From the NCBI GenBank assembly GCA_048128005.1, contig JBEUKZ010000127.1, positions 62,001-126,000 of the forward strand: DNA of 64,000 bases, written 5' to 3'. This DNA comes from Veleropilina oligotropha. Its lineage: Eukaryota. Under the pieces are notes generated by a model, which was not told the DNA's origin, made no database searches, and saw nothing but the letters and a program-made list of their open reading frames with translations. Shown here one piece after another: positions 1-12,909 of the stretch. A program made the position numbers and the translations under genes. Every line of letters starts with the position of its first letter. The stretch's first letter is position 1.

Positions 1-555
1 TAACCCGTGAACCATGACAACGGCTGTCACCGTTTGATTGCTGTATGAAACTGTCGCATAATTGTCTGTGTCCAGATTCCAAACACATCGACTCGAAACG
101 TGAACTCCTTGATCTTGCTTCTCCGCAAGGATGACGTTGCAGACGATTTTGTACCTTTCAAAAGCCATATCTTTCACTTTGGCTTTTATAATACTCACAA
201 GATCAGTTGTCATGGATTTGCTGTATTCGGGTGAATATTTAAAGCGCCTGAGTCTGTTTTCCAGAATGTCGTGCACCATCTTTTCCACTCTTGTTGAATT
301 AAATTGTTTGGTAGTATCTGGAGACAGCCTATAGGTATTTTCATATCGAATTTTTGGTTTAACCTCGATGGGCTTCCGTTGAAGGGCCAACCGTTTCCAT
401 GCTCGAGTTGCTGCAACAACGCTGAATAAAGACATTTTGCTTTTTCCCAACCCTATTGCAGGCCCGAGGCTGGACCTTGTCGATTGCGACTCATTGAGAG
501 TTGCTCCACTCAACGACGGAAATTTTCGCACAGGCATTTCACTCGTTTTTGAACC
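1..555 (-). CDS. Exon 2 of a host Tctex1-domain protein (TCTEX1D1/DYNLT5-like), running off the left edge
   Basis: Acceptor ccttgcctttcag ends at 556. My translation of 185 open codons reads ...YENTYRLSP...F...VKDMAFERYKIVCNVILAEKQDQGVHVSSRCVWNLDTDNYATVSYSNQTVTAVVMVHGL, the Tctex-1 family signature. The stop codon lies outside the window. Confidence 0.9.
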
Positions 556-912
556 CTGAAAGGCAAGGAATATTGATAACATTACTTTAGACACGATGAT
601 TCTCAGACTCATGTCTCCCTATCTCTCATCACATCTCCCTCCATCCTTCCTCCACTCTCTCACGCTCTTTTTTCACTTTCTCATTTATATATCCGCTTCC
701 GACGAGTGAATGGTTAGCATGTCGGACACTCAACCGATGCTGGTTATAGGTGAGCCAGAGTTCTATTCATGTCGGCGGTTTATTCTATAGATAACTTAAA
801 ATAATAGAAAGCATATAGGCTACCCTAATTGTCCATCATATCGAAGTGAGACTTTTAACCCGGTATATCCCGACTGCGATAAGACTGAAAAATGATCAAA
901 AGTGATCGTATT

Positions 913-1452
913 GGCCGTTTCACACATACGCATAACCGAAACCGAATAAACATAAAATCTATAAATATGTACTATAGAGCTTTCGCACATGCACCTGAAA
1001 CGAAACCGTAAACGAACCGAATCGGTGCACGATTTCTATTTCTTCGGACTCGGTGACTTAAATTTAAAAAAAAAAAAAGTGATGCTTGTGTGTGACGCGT
1101 ATATGGGGCCAAAATATTTATCGTGAAAATGGTCTGCACCCATCCCAAAGTACGTAAAAACGCGATGTCTGTGGTGCTGTCTCAATTTTTCCGCGACAAT
1201 GGCTTCGTTAAGTTTCAGCTCTGTCGATCATGATATTCATTAATATCGTGCACCCATACAAGTCTTGCACGTCGTCTTCTTCTCAGAAACACACCATAGC
1301 ATATCACCATCGCAACTCTCGCATGCATCAACTATATTGCACTAGATTTAATTAAGTAAAGCAAGGATACGGTATAATCGGTGTCATTTGTGAAAGCACC
1401 ACCGAAACCGATTCGGTTTTCGGTTTCGGCTCGGGGTATGTGTGAAACGGCC
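913..1452. mobile_element. MITE, PIF/Harbinger-like, in the intron of the Tctex1 gene
   Basis: 17-bp TIR GGCCGTTTCACACATAC / GTATGTGTGAAACGGCC with subterminal AACCGA repeats and no ORF. The TSD is imperfect. Confidence 0.6.
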
Positions 1453-1498
1453 TTAATATATATCAAACGGAACCTATCTAAATACTGCCTACACCCAC

Positions 1499-1606
1499 CT
1501 CAATATTGTCCTTCGAGGTAGTGGACGTGCTTTTGGTGCTCTTGAATTTGGGATGGCTAGTGTCATGCTGCTTCAGCGCGTTCACTGTCAAATTGTCGCT
1601 TGCCAT
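1499..1606 (-). CDS. Exon 1 of a host Tctex1-domain dynein light chain gene (MASDNLTVNALKQHD...KDNIE)
   Basis: ATG at 1606-1604, 36 open codons, then a GTGGGT donor at 1498. It joins in phase 0 to the exon at 555-1. Confidence 0.7.
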
Positions 1607-1779
1607 CGTCAAAAGTAATCCTAAACATAACGTAAAAACTGCATCACTTCATTGTTTCGCAACAAATATACTAATATTAATTTTGCTCATGACATGTTCA
1701 TGCCCATTGAAGAGTCAACCATAAAGGATAAAGCTTAATTGCAACCCAAAATACTTTACAAAGCCACCAGGAAAAGGAA

Positions 1780-2040
1780 AAGAAAGAAATCGATGCTTAA
1801 TGTCCTGTATATTTCCAACCACCATTAGGTTCAAAGCAGGACATGTCCATATTATCGCGATATGAAAGCCCGGGAAAACCCACTTTCTCCGATCAGTTAA
1901 GGAAAACTGTGACTCATAACTTGAACAAATAATGTCATGGTTCAACTGAGGTTCGAACCCAATTCTGTTCGTGTCAGCGGAATCAAGCCAGTGATTTTTC
2001 GGAGTCCACAACCGAAACCACACGACTGTCGGAGGGACCC
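1780..2040 (-). mobile_element. tRNA-derived SINE copy
   Basis: Similar to the copies at 5525, 6480, 12640, 35095 and 55872. Shared blocks include gatgcttaatgtcctgtatatt, ttcaaagcaggacatgtcc and a ttcgaacc B-box. Confidence 0.7.
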
Positions 2041-2179
2041 CAGGCTACCGGGAACAAAAATCCGTTCGATTGAAAGCAAAATACATAACTTTACAAAACT
2101 TCTTATTCTTCGTTTCATTTATGAACTTTATACAAATTTTGTAATGGCTTTGATTTGGATTGGAGCGGTCCGAAATGTG

Positions 2180-5100
2180 CAGTTGAATAGGGTGATGACA
2201 GAACAGCGCTCGAGAAGGACCACCACATCTGGACAGTTTAATAGGGTGATGACAGAACATCGCTCTAGAAAATCCCACCACATCTGGACAGTTTAATAGG
2301 GTGATGACAGAACATCGCTCGAGAAAGCCCACCACATCTGGACAGTTGAATAGGGTGATGACAGAACAGCGCTCGAGAAGGACCACCACATCTGGACAGT
2401 TGAATAGGGTGATGACAGAACATCGCTCGAGAAAATCCCACCACATCTGGACAGTTTAATAGGGTGATGACAGAACATCGCTCGAGAAAATCCCACCACA
2501 TCTGGACAGTTTAATAGGGTGATGACAGAACATCGCTCGAGAAAATCCCACCACTTCTGGACAGTTTAATAGGGTGATGACAGAACAGCGCTCGAGAAAA
2601 TCCCACCACATCTGGACAGTTTAATAGGGTGATGACAGAACAGCGCTCGAGAAAATCCCACCACATCTGGACAGTTTAATAGGGTGATGACAGAACAGCG
2701 CTCGAGAAAATCCCACCACATCTGGACAGTTTAATAGGGTGATGACAGAACAGCGCTCGAGAAAATCCCACCACATCTGGACAGTTTAATAGGGTGATGA
2801 CAGAACAGCACTCGAGAAGGACCACCACATCTGGACAGTTTAATAGGGTGATGACAGAACATCGCTCGAGAAAATCCCACCACATCTGGACAGTTTAATA
2901 GGGTGATGACAGAACATCGCTCGAGAAAGCCCACCACATCTGGACAGTTGAATAGGGTGATGACAGAACATCGCTCGATAAACTCCCACCACATCTGGAC
3001 AGTTGAATAGGGTGATGACAGAACATCGCTCGAGAAAGCCCACCACATCTGGACAGTTGAATAGGGTGATGACAGAACATCGCTCGAGAAAATCCCACCA
3101 CATCTGGACAGTTGAATAGGATGATGACAGAACATCGCTCGAGAAAATCCCACCACATCTGGACAGTTGAATAGGGTGATGACAGAACATCGCTCGAGAA
3201 AATCCCACCACATCTGGACAGTTGAATAGGGTGATGACAGAACATCGCTCGAGAAAGCCCACCACATCTGGACAGTTGAATAGGGTGATGACAGAACATC
3301 GCTCGAGAAAGCCCACCACATCTGGACAGTTGAATAGGGTGATGACAGAACATCGCTCGAGAAAGCCCACCACATCTGGACAGTTGAATAGGGTGATGAC
3401 AGAACATCGCTCGAGAAAGCCCACCACATCTGGACAGTTGAATAGGGTGATGACAGAACATCGCTCGAGAAAGCCCACCACATCTGGACAGTTGAATAGG
3501 GTGATGACAGAACATCGCTCGAGAAAATCCCACCACATCTGGACAGTTTAATTGGGTGATGACAGAACAGCGCTCGAGAAGGACCACCACATCTGGACAG
3601 TTTAATTGGGTGATGACAGAACAGCGCTCGAGAAGGACCACCACATCTGGACAGTTTAATAGGGTGATGACAGAACAGCGCTCGAGAAGGACCACCACAT
3701 CTGGACAGTTTAATAGGGTAATGACAGAACAGCGCTCGAGAAAGCCCACCACATCTGGACAGTTGAATAGGGTGGTGACAGAACATCGCTCGAGAAGGCC
3801 CACCACATCTGGACAGTTTAATAGGGTGATGACAGAACATCGCTCGAGAAAGCCCACCGCATCTGGACAGTTGAATAGGGTGATGACAGAACATTGCTCG
3901 AGAAGGACCACCACATCTGGACAGTTTAATAGGGTGATGACAGAACAGCGCTCTAGAAAGCCCACCACATCTGGACAGTTGAATAGGGTGGTGACAGAAC
4001 ATCGCTCGAGAAAGCCCACCACATCTGGACAGTTGAATAGGGTGGTGACAGAACATCGCTCGAGAAAGCCCACCACATCTGGACAGTTGAATATGGTGGT
4101 GACAGAACATCGCTCGAGAAATCCCACCACATCTGGACAGTTGAATAGGGTGGTGACAGAACATCGCTCGAGAAAGCCCACCACATCTGGACAGTTGAAT
4201 AGGGTGGTGACAGAACATCGCTCGAGAAAGACCACCACATCTGGACAGTTGAATAGGGTGATGACAGAATATCGCTCGATAAAATCCCACCACATCTGGA
4301 CAGTTGAATAGGGTGATGACAGAACATCGCTCGAGAAAGCCCACCACATCTGGACAGTTGAATAGGGTGATGACAGAACATCGCTCGAGAACGCCCACCA
4401 CATCTGGACAGTTGAATAGGGTGATGACAGAACATCGCTCGAGAAAGCCCACCACATCTGGACAGTTGAATAGGGTGATGACAGAACATCGCTCGAGAAA
4501 GCCCACCACATCTGGACAGTTGAATAGGGTGATGACAGAACATCGCTCGAGAAAGTCCACCACATCTGGACAGTTGAATAGGGTGATGACAGAACATCGC
4601 TCGAGAAAGCCCACCACATCAGGACAGTTGAATAGGGTGATGACAGAACATCGCTCGAGAAAGCCCACCACATCTGGACAGTTGAATAGGGTGATGACAG
4701 AACATCGCTCGAGAAAGCCCACCACATCTGGACAGTTGAATAGGGTGATGACAGAACATCGCTCGAGAAAATCCCACCACATCTGGACAGTTTAATTGGG
4801 TGATGACAGAACATCGCTCGAGAAAATCCCACCACATCTGGACAGTTTAATAGGGTGATGACAGAACATCGCTCGAGAAAATTCCACCACATCTGGACAG
4901 TTGAATAGGGTGATGACAGAACATCGCTCGAGAAAGCCCACCACATCTGGACAGTTGAATAGGGTGATGACAGAACATCGCTCGAGAAAGCCCACCACAT
5001 CTGGACAGTTGAATAGGGTGATGACAGAACATCGCTCGAGAAAGCCCACCACATCTGGACAGTTGAATAGGGTGATGACAGAACATCGCTCGAGAAAGCC

Positions 5101-5337
5101 CACCACATCTGGACAGTTGAATAGGGTGATGACAGAACATCGCTCGAGAAAGCCCACCACATCTGGACAGTTGAATAGGGTGATGACAGAACATCGCTCG
5201 AGAAAATCCCACCACATCTGGACAGTTTAATAGGGTGATGACAGAACATCGCTCGAGAACATCCCACCACATCTGGACAGTTTAATAGGGTGATGACAGA
5301 ACATCGCTCGAGAAGGCCCACCACATCTGGACAGTTT
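2180..5337. repeat. Tandem satellite with a 54/55-bp unit, about 58 copies
   Basis: Unit gttgaatagggtgatgacagaacatcgctcgagaaagcccaccacatctggaca, with a 55-bp aaaatccc variant. It explains all the repetitive ORFs in 2045-5840. Confidence 0.97.
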
Positions 5338-5524
5338 TTTATCACTGTGACTTTACTAGGCAATGTTAACACAGAATAATATGAGAATCCAGCACACTCG
5401 ACCACCGGGCGACTCCTTACCAATGTCATGAACACTCGACCATCGGGCGACTCCTTACCAATGTCATGAACACCACTTACAATAATTGCATTTGCCTTCA
5501 GATAACAAATTATTGGATTGGAGT

Positions 5525-5768
5525 TGATCGATGCCCAATGTCCTGAATATTTACAAGCATTAAGTTCAAGGCAGGACATTTTCATATTATCGCGGAAGAA
5601 AAGCCCTGTCGCCCGGGTAAACCCGCCCTCTCCGACCAGTGACGGACACCTGTGATTCATAATGGAACAAATAATGCCAATATCCCATCCGAGATTCAAA
5701 ACCACTACTGTTAGTGTCAGCGGGTTCAAGTCTGCAGCTGAAACCACACGGTTTGTCGGAGCGGCCTC
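5525..5768 (-). mobile_element. tRNA-derived SINE copy
   Basis: Same family blocks as 12640-12909 in reverse orientation. Confidence 0.7.
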
Positions 5769-6479
5769 GGATAAGAAAGACACATAATATAGTGATGTTA
5801 AACCACACATGCATGGACAACAATCCACTGATATATTCATTTCAACGTTGTGGTATCTATACTAACTTCGAATGAAATTATTCCAGTAAAGACATATGCA
5901 CCGAATGACCGCCACAACATTTTGTTGAACTACTAGTTTAGCATTATTAAAACAGTATTGAGAGTGAAAATAACTCGGAACATGTTTATTTCTTTTCAGT
6001 GAAGTACGTCTTAAATTCGCTTATACCAGATCAAACATTGCGCTAGGTGTATATTGCGATGTCACGAACATAAACAGGCACATATATTCATCAATGGATT
6101 TGCAAACATTGTGCTAATGGAACGACATAGCGGCACAAAGCATACATCACTAGAAATATTATCGCTGCGAGTGAGGCATGAAGTATCGTATGATAGATGG
6201 TTGTTTGCACTGTCTTTTTATGATCATGAATATATTTATTTGTGCGTGCTTACCTTTTATGATACATATACAGGGTGGCCCAAAAACCGCTGGTCCGTTT
6301 TTAAAAGGTTATATCTCGCGATCTATTGAAAATACGGACTTATAACTAAAACTGTCTGAAAGTTCATTTTGAGCGCTTCCAGTGGTGTGCGGTTCCATGG
6401 TCTTACGATGGCTTCCATGGCGCCTCAACATAAATTGACCTAATAATGTGGTCAAAGGCTGCAATTGGGCAGGGAAGAA

Positions 6480-6740
6480 AGGGAAGGATCGATGCTTAAT
6501 ATCCTGTATATTTCAAACCATTAGGTTCAAAGCAGGACATATCCATATTATCGCGGGTGGAAAGCCCGGTCGCCCGTAAAAATCCCCGCTCTCTCCAACC
6601 AGTTATGAACAACTTGAACAAATAATGTCTTGTCCCAACCAAGATTCGAACCCACTATTGTTCGTGTCAGCCGCTAAGCGGAATCAAACCAGTAATTTTC
6701 GTAGTCTGCAACCGAAACCACACGATTGTCGGAGTGGCAA
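6480..6740 (-). mobile_element. tRNA-derived SINE copy
   Basis: Same family blocks, reverse orientation. Confidence 0.7.
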
Positions 6741-7199
6741 CAAAAGGTAAGAAAATCTCGATTTGGCGGAGATTCTCACGCGCGTTATGTTTTTTATCAA
6801 ATTCTTATCATAATCGCATGACTAAGTTTCCTAATTGTAATATTCTTGAAATCTTTAATTTTGCAACCGGTTTTCCTGATTGACATGCCGGTGGTTGAGG
6901 TTTTCGCTGGTGGCCTGTTTGTTCGTCGGTTTTGGGTCTTCTGATGTAAACAAGACAGTTTCGATATAATTGTTCTACACTTTTTCTTGCTCGCGTTATT
7001 GAGCTATTGTTTTCTTTATATTGTGACAATTGTTCTTAGAGTTCACAATATAACATGGTGTTAACTCAGAGCGATAAGAATATTATACGTCCACTTCTTA
7101 TAGAAAAAACAATGGACTTGATAATTTCCATGTCACGTTGCAGCTTTTCACAACTTTTGTGAGGTCGATTGTTTGGAGGCGCCATGGAAGCCATTGAAA

Positions 7200-7910
7200 T
7201 GAAGCTAGGGCAACAGACAGGCTACAAAAATATACTTTTTTAACTCGACCAATTGCAAAACAAGATTATCATTTATAACAAGGTATCGCATATCATCTCA
7301 TAAACTAAACATAGAAAGTGGTAGATATCAGAACATTGAAAGGCAAAACAGAACTTGCGTATGCAACCCATCTGTAATAGAAGATGAATACCACTTTATT
7401 TTAATATGTCCTTTATATAGTGAGCTAAGACACAAATTCATAAATAAATATTATTATACTAAATATTCTGCGTACAAACTAATAACTCTCATCAACTGTA
7501 CAAGCACCAAACAATTAAGAAACTTAGGAAAATATCTCCGTTTAGCCACAGACAAGAGAAATCAATTATAACTCTTTATTAATACTTATTGTGCTATTAA
7601 CTAGTTGTATTGTTATTATTATAAATGTTGTAATAACTGTGTTTATCACACAAACTACTTCCATATTAACTTAGATCCATTGATTTTATATGTGCATAAA
7701 ATTATATCTTGTTTGTTTGGATGGATCATAGTATGTTTAAAATTTATGTATACAATACATATATGTATAATCAATACTGCTATTTAAATATAGTAAGCAT
7801 CTTGTCTCATGTATATATTTAAATGTATGCAATAATTTGATGGGCAAAGTTATTTCTATGTAATAACATGTTCGATTAACAACTAAGTATCACCAATCAA
7901 TGTTACATGC
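7200..7910 (+). pseudogene. 3' fragment of an older LINE ORF2 (C-terminal Zn motif and 3' UTR)
   Basis: ~7283-7430 translates as RISSHKLNIESGRYQNIERQNRTCVCNPSVIEDEYHFILICPLYSELR, a typical LINE ORF2 C-terminus. Its tail appears to resume after 12558 and ends near an AATAAA at 12611. Confidence 0.65.
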
Positions 7911-7926
7911 AACCAACCTGCACATT

Positions 7927-10900
7927 GCCCACCCTCCATCTTATCTTTCATGGTCAGATTTTACAATAGTTGCTCCAAATTTGGCAAACATGATTTGTGT
8001 CCTGTTATTATGTTAGTATATTATTGTTAACCGTCGAGCTTTCTTGGATAAGTTGCATAATATCACGCCATGTTGCCTCAACTTTTGTTACCAATTGATT
8101 TCAGACACACGACCACTTGGCATAAGACCAAAACTAATTTACATTGAACGATTTCCTTAAGATCACCACGGAAACATTCGATATTTGCCAGTATGTTTAT
8201 TTCAAATAACATCCATGCAATGTTGTCGTAAAATTCTGCTTGCTACTCGATTTCAGACACACGACTATTTGTCAAAGACCAAATTTTAGAGCGAAAGACC
8301 CCATTCAGATATTCATTGATCTTTTCTTTGTTTTAACATAAACAAATTAATATAAATAACCAGAGTGGGGTATATTATATATTATGTTGCATCCCTTCTT
8401 AAAATAACATGCTGACTCAATTTAAATATTAAAAGAAGATATTAGTTATTACCACGCCTCCTCGAACTAACATCATGTTCACCTCACTGACGTCATCTCA
8501 TATCGCCAAAACATTTATACCTGTATTCTTTATTATTTGTTTTTCACCATGTGTATTTTGTTATCTTTGCCAATATAAGTATGTTTTTGCAAATATGTTT
8601 GACATACAATACTCGAGAGACTTTTATCTCTCAAAACTCATTATGATTAAATTTGCACTGCGTTGCATACTATCTGTGAAATATTGTGTTGGTGTATACC
8701 AGCTTTGTGAATGGAAGATATCTAAAAGGACCAAAAGCACCCGACTGTCCCGAAATATTACTATTACTATTGCTAACAAATCAAATGATTTGTGACATAA
8801 ACGACTACAGGGCTAGAGTCGGGTGCTTTCATGTAAAGGCTATCAAACAAAATAGTAAGAAAATAATTAAACTGATACATTTCTTTCTAGCTACACTCAT
8901 ATATCAATGTGGTATCAAAGGACTGACACTTTTTATTTACATATTCTTTAGTAATTACGTATTACTTAAATACATTTTTAAAACTGAATTAAATTATAAC
9001 GATAATATGACATGTCATGGTTTAATTGAATCTGTTAAGAAACGAAATCCTTATATACTACTGTTATTGTTAATCGCCGGTGACATAGCAATCAACCCAG
9101 GACCAGATATTCCAATTGAAAATGATCTATCCATTTGTCATATAAACACACAAAGCATCCACACAAAAATAGATATTATCACAGTAGAATTGGGCAAATT
9201 TGACGTAATCACAGTCAGTGAAACCTGGTTAGACCACTCCGTTCGAAGCGAAGATATCGGAATACCTAATTTCCAGACACCCATCAGATTAGACAGAAAT
9301 AGACATGGCGGTGGTGTAGCCATGTATTTTAAAAATAACATTTCCTTTAAAGAAAAGCATAATCTTAGTATTTACAATTTGGAAGCATTGTGGGCCGAAA
9401 TTAATCGGCAAAAATCTAGAATATTAATAGGAACATTTTATATCCCCCCAAGATTTGATGATTGGAATTTAGTGGAGCTTTCTATTGAACAAGCCCTCCA
9501 AGAATGTCCAAATATTATAGTACTGGGTGATTTTAATGAAGATTTATTCATTTCACTAAGATGCAAGAATTTAAAATCAATAATGAATACATATAATCTA
9601 AATCAGTTAATAGATACGCCAACAAGGATAACCCAGAATTCATCAACCTTACTAGATGTCATCCTAATTAGCAATACAATAAATTGTTCCGATAAAGGGG
9701 TCGTAGATACATCGTGTAGTGACCATTGTGCAGTACATATGTCAACAAATTCATTTAAAACTAAACAGCAATGTTACAAAAGGAAAATTTGGAAATACAG
9801 TGACGGAAACTACGATAACTTTAGGCGTTTACTGCAGGATAGTAACTGGGACTTTTCAATACTGAGCATTGATGACCAAGTAAAAATATTCTCTGAAAAC
9901 GTACTACATGCAGCTGAAAGATCAATTCCAAATAAGGTGGTTACAATACGCCCCAGAGACCCGCCCTGGATGCACAATAACATCCGAAAATTAATAAGAC
10001 GGAGAAAAAGAATCCATAAAGTAGCAAAACGGGTAAACAATCCAACACAATGGGCAACATTCAGAGAGAAGAGAAATGAAGTTACAAACGCAGTACACAA
10101 CGCTAAAATGAACTATTTTAACCAACTAGCAAACAACTTGCAGAGTAATAACATAAGTACCAAATCATGGTGGAAAATCGCAAAGCAATTCTTAAAGCAA
10201 AATAAACATAAAGATTGCCCACCTCTAACAAAAAACGGAAACAGTTATACTAGTGCCGATGAAAAGGCAAACATTTTCAACATCTACTTTAGCCAGCAAT
10301 CGCGAGTTGATGATGCAAATACACAACTCCCACCGCTAACTGTACCAATTTCAGACTTAAATAATATTACCATAACTGTTCAAGATGTATTAGATGTATT
10401 ACAATGTATGGACCCCAGTAAAGCATGTGGCCCCGATGCAATTAGCCCCAAGTTGCTAAAAGAAGGAGCTACAGTAATTGCACCGCCCCTTACAAATATT
10501 TTTAATAATTCTATCCGTCAGTCACAGTTTCCAAAATTATGGAAAATAGCAAACGTAATCCCAATTCATAAAAAGGGTGACAAAAAGGATGTGTCAAACT
10601 ATAGGCCAATTTCTCTATTAAGTTGTATAGGTAAAGTTTTTGAGCGTTGTGTATTTAAATATATGCATAACTATATTTCAATTAATAATATTATAACTCC
10701 GCATCAATCTGGTTTCACTTCCCGAGATTCAGCCGTGTTACAGCTAATGGACATGTATAATACTTTTAGTAAAGCTATGGATGAGGGAAAAGAGATAAGA
10801 GTGGTGTTCTGCGATATAAGTAAAGCGTTTGATAGGGTATGGCACCGAGGACTGTTATTTAAACTCAGACAAATTGGAATATCAGGCTCTTTACTGCAGT

Positions 10901-12542
10901 GGTTTCACAATTATTTACAAAACCGGTCACAAAGAGTAGTAATTGAAGGGTCTCAGTCTCCATGCTTGGATGTTAATGCAGGTGTACCACAGGGATCTAT
11001 ATTAGGTCCGTTATTATTTATTATATACATAAATGATATTGTTAGTGAAATAAATGCTGACATAAAACTTTTTGCCGATGATACATCCCTTTTTATAGTC
11101 GTCGAAGATCCAAATATGGCTGCAAACATGTTAAATAGCGACCTACAAAATATAGAACATTGGGCAGACCAATGGCTGGTCACGTTTAACCCAAATAAAA
11201 CAGAAGAAATGATAATGACAAGGAAACTTAACCCGCCAGCGCATCCCGACATCATAATGAATAACCTCACTATAAAACAAGTACTTTCACATAAACACTT
11301 GGGATTGAATATTCAACGCAATCTCTCATGGCACGAACATATTGCAGAAATAAGTAATAAAGCATGGACTAGACTTAATGTTATGCGTAATTTAAAATAT
11401 AAACTTGATAGAAACTCTCTTCAAATTATGTATTTCACGTTTATCAGACCACTCTTAGAATATGCAGACATAATATGGGACAATTGTACCAACTACGAGA
11501 AAGATGAAATAGAAAAAATACAAACAGAAGCCGGAAGGATCGTAACTGGTGCTACAAAATCATGTTCTGCTGCTAAAATTATGGAGGAAACAAAGTGGGA
11601 ACGCTTAGCTGATCGACGTTATAAACATAGAATAATTACCTTTTTCAAAATGTACCATAATCTAACTCCATCTTATGCCAGGATCTTAATTCTACCAATA
11701 AACCAAAACCCCGATGGAATAAACCTGCGAAATAATTTAAATCTCAAGGTCCCTTACTCTAGAACTAACCTATACCAGAATTCGTTCTTACCTAAGACCA
11801 TTAGAGATTGGAACCTTCTCCCAGACAATATCAAGATGAACCCTTCGTTATATGCAATAAAGTCGTATTTGAATAGAAATAACAGCAGGCCGCCATCCTA
11901 CTTTTCATCTGGCAGCAGACAGGCTCAAATTAATCATTGTAGACTACGATTAGGCTGCAGTTCTCTAAAATATGACCTTTATAACAATCATGTATCGCCC
12001 TCAGACAAATGTGCATGCGGCAATGTAGAAACAGCCAAACATTTTCTCTTAGAGTGTGTCCTGTATAATGACACAAGACATATCACAATAGAAATTATCC
12101 CCCAACAGCCCACTATAAATCTACTATTGTATGGTAGTCCCTTGCTTTCTGTTTATATCAATTTAGAGATCTTCCACACAGTTCAGCGATTTATTACATT
12201 GAGCAATCGATTTGCTTAGGCAATTATAGTATATCGCTCGAAACGTTAAAATGTACGCATACGCATGTGTGATAAATCTGTCTGTATGCGAGTGTGAAAG
12301 TGTGCTCTTGCGTGTAGGTGTAAAGCAGCTTTTAAAGTTTATGATTTTCTTGTATTACATTATTATTATAATTACTGCAAACAATAATACTTAAGACATG
12401 TATTTCTAATTGTAAACTGTATGTAATGCGTAAGTGAGGAGATAACTTTATATAAGGATATCTTGTTGTTAAATCCTCAACGTGTATTTGTAAATAACAT
12501 GTATTATGAATGATAAGGTAAGAAACAAATAAATATTGTTTA
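7927..12542 (+). mobile_element. Apparently complete CR1/L2-group non-LTR retrotransposon
   Basis: Flanked by a perfect 16-bp direct repeat AACCAACCTGCACATT (7911-7926 and 12543-12558). It ends in AATAAATATTGTTTA and contains an intact APE-RT ORF. Confidence 0.85.
8686..12219 (+). CDS. LINE ORF2: 2A-like peptide, APE endonuclease, reverse transcriptase and C-terminal Zn motif
   Basis: Motifs GDIAINPGP, VSETWL, GGGV, GDFN, SDH, NYRPISLL, DISKAFD, GVPQGSILGP, LFADD and CxC...HFLLEC. Uninterrupted 1177 aa; first ATG at 8785. Confidence 0.95.
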   Translation: MLVYTSFVNGRYLKGPKAPDCPEILLLLLLTNQMICDINDYRARVGCFHVKAIKQNSKKIIKLIHFFLATLIYQCGIKGLTLFIYIFFSNYVLLKYIFKTELNYNDNMTCHGLIESVKKRNPYILLLLLIAGDIAINPGPDIPIENDLSICHINTQSIHTKIDIITVELGKFDVITVSETWLDHSVRSEDIGIPNFQTPIRLDRNRHGGGVAMYFKNNISFKEKHNLSIYNLEALWAEINRQKSRILIGTFYIPPRFDDWNLVELSIEQALQECPNIIVLGDFNEDLFISLRCKNLKSIMNTYNLNQLIDTPTRITQNSSTLLDVILISNTINCSDKGVVDTSCSDHCAVHMSTNSFKTKQQCYKRKIWKYSDGNYDNFRRLLQDSNWDFSILSIDDQVKIFSENVLHAAERSIPNKVVTIRPRDPPWMHNNIRKLIRRRKRIHKVAKRVNNPTQWATFREKRNEVTNAVHNAKMNYFNQLANNLQSNNISTKSWWKIAKQFLKQNKHKDCPPLTKNGNSYTSADEKANIFNIYFSQQSRVDDANTQLPPLTVPISDLNNITITVQDVLDVLQCMDPSKACGPDAISPKLLKEGATVIAPPLTNIFNNSIRQSQFPKLWKIANVIPIHKKGDKKDVSNYRPISLLSCIGKVFERCVFKYMHNYISINNIITPHQSGFTSRDSAVLQLMDMYNTFSKAMDEGKEIRVVFCDISKAFDRVWHRGLLFKLRQIGISGSLLQWFHNYLQNRSQRVVIEGSQSPCLDVNAGVPQGSILGPLLFIIYINDIVSEINADIKLFADDTSLFIVVEDPNMAANMLNSDLQNIEHWADQWLVTFNPNKTEEMIMTRKLNPPAHPDIIMNNLTIKQVLSHKHLGLNIQRNLSWHEHIAEISNKAWTRLNVMRNLKYKLDRNSLQIMYFTFIRPLLEYADIIWDNCTNYEKDEIEKIQTEAGRIVTGATKSCSAAKIMEETKWERLADRRYKHRIITFFKMYHNLTPSYARILILPINQNPDGINLRNNLNLKVPYSRTNLYQNSFLPKTIRDWNLLPDNIKMNPSLYAIKSYLNRNNSRPPSYFSSGSRQAQINHCRLRLGCSSLKYDLYNNHVSPSDKCACGNVETAKHFLLECVLYNDTRHITIEIIPQQPTINLLLYGSPLLSVYINLEIFHTVQRFITLSNRFA

Positions 12543-12639
12543 AACCAACCTGCACATTCTGTGTAATATACATAATTATTGTAAAACCAATGAGCTGAAT
12601 TGATCACGGTAATAAAGAATATAAAAGTATCTCAAATAG

Positions 12640-12909
12640 GCCGCTCCGACAGTCGTGTGGTTTCGGCTGTGGATTCCGAAAAATCGCTGGGTTGATTCCG
12701 CTGACACAAAGAGTAGTGGGTTCGAACCTCGGTTGGGACATGGGATTATTTGTACAAGTTATGAGTCACTGTTGCCCTTAACAGATCGGAGAGGGCCGGT
12801 TTCCAAAAGCGACCCGGCTTTCCTCCCGTGATAATATGGCCATGTCCTGCTTTGAACTTATGATGCATGGTTGGAAATATAAAGGACATTAAGGATCGAT
12901 CGTTTCCTT
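12640..12909 (+). mobile_element. tRNA-derived SINE copy with TSD
   Basis: B-box GGTTCGAACC near 12719. Flanked by TCAAATAG at 12632-12639 and 12910-12917. Confidence 0.75.

Noticed and set aside
2180..5337. CRISPR-like appearance of the regular repeat
   Set aside because: Units are head-to-tail with no unique spacers, there are no cas genes, and the context is eukaryotic.
2045..5840. Long ORFs of up to 981 aa with 18-aa repeats
   Set aside because: They are by-products of a stop-poor 54/55-bp satellite, open in several frames on both strands and shifting frame at each 55-bp unit.
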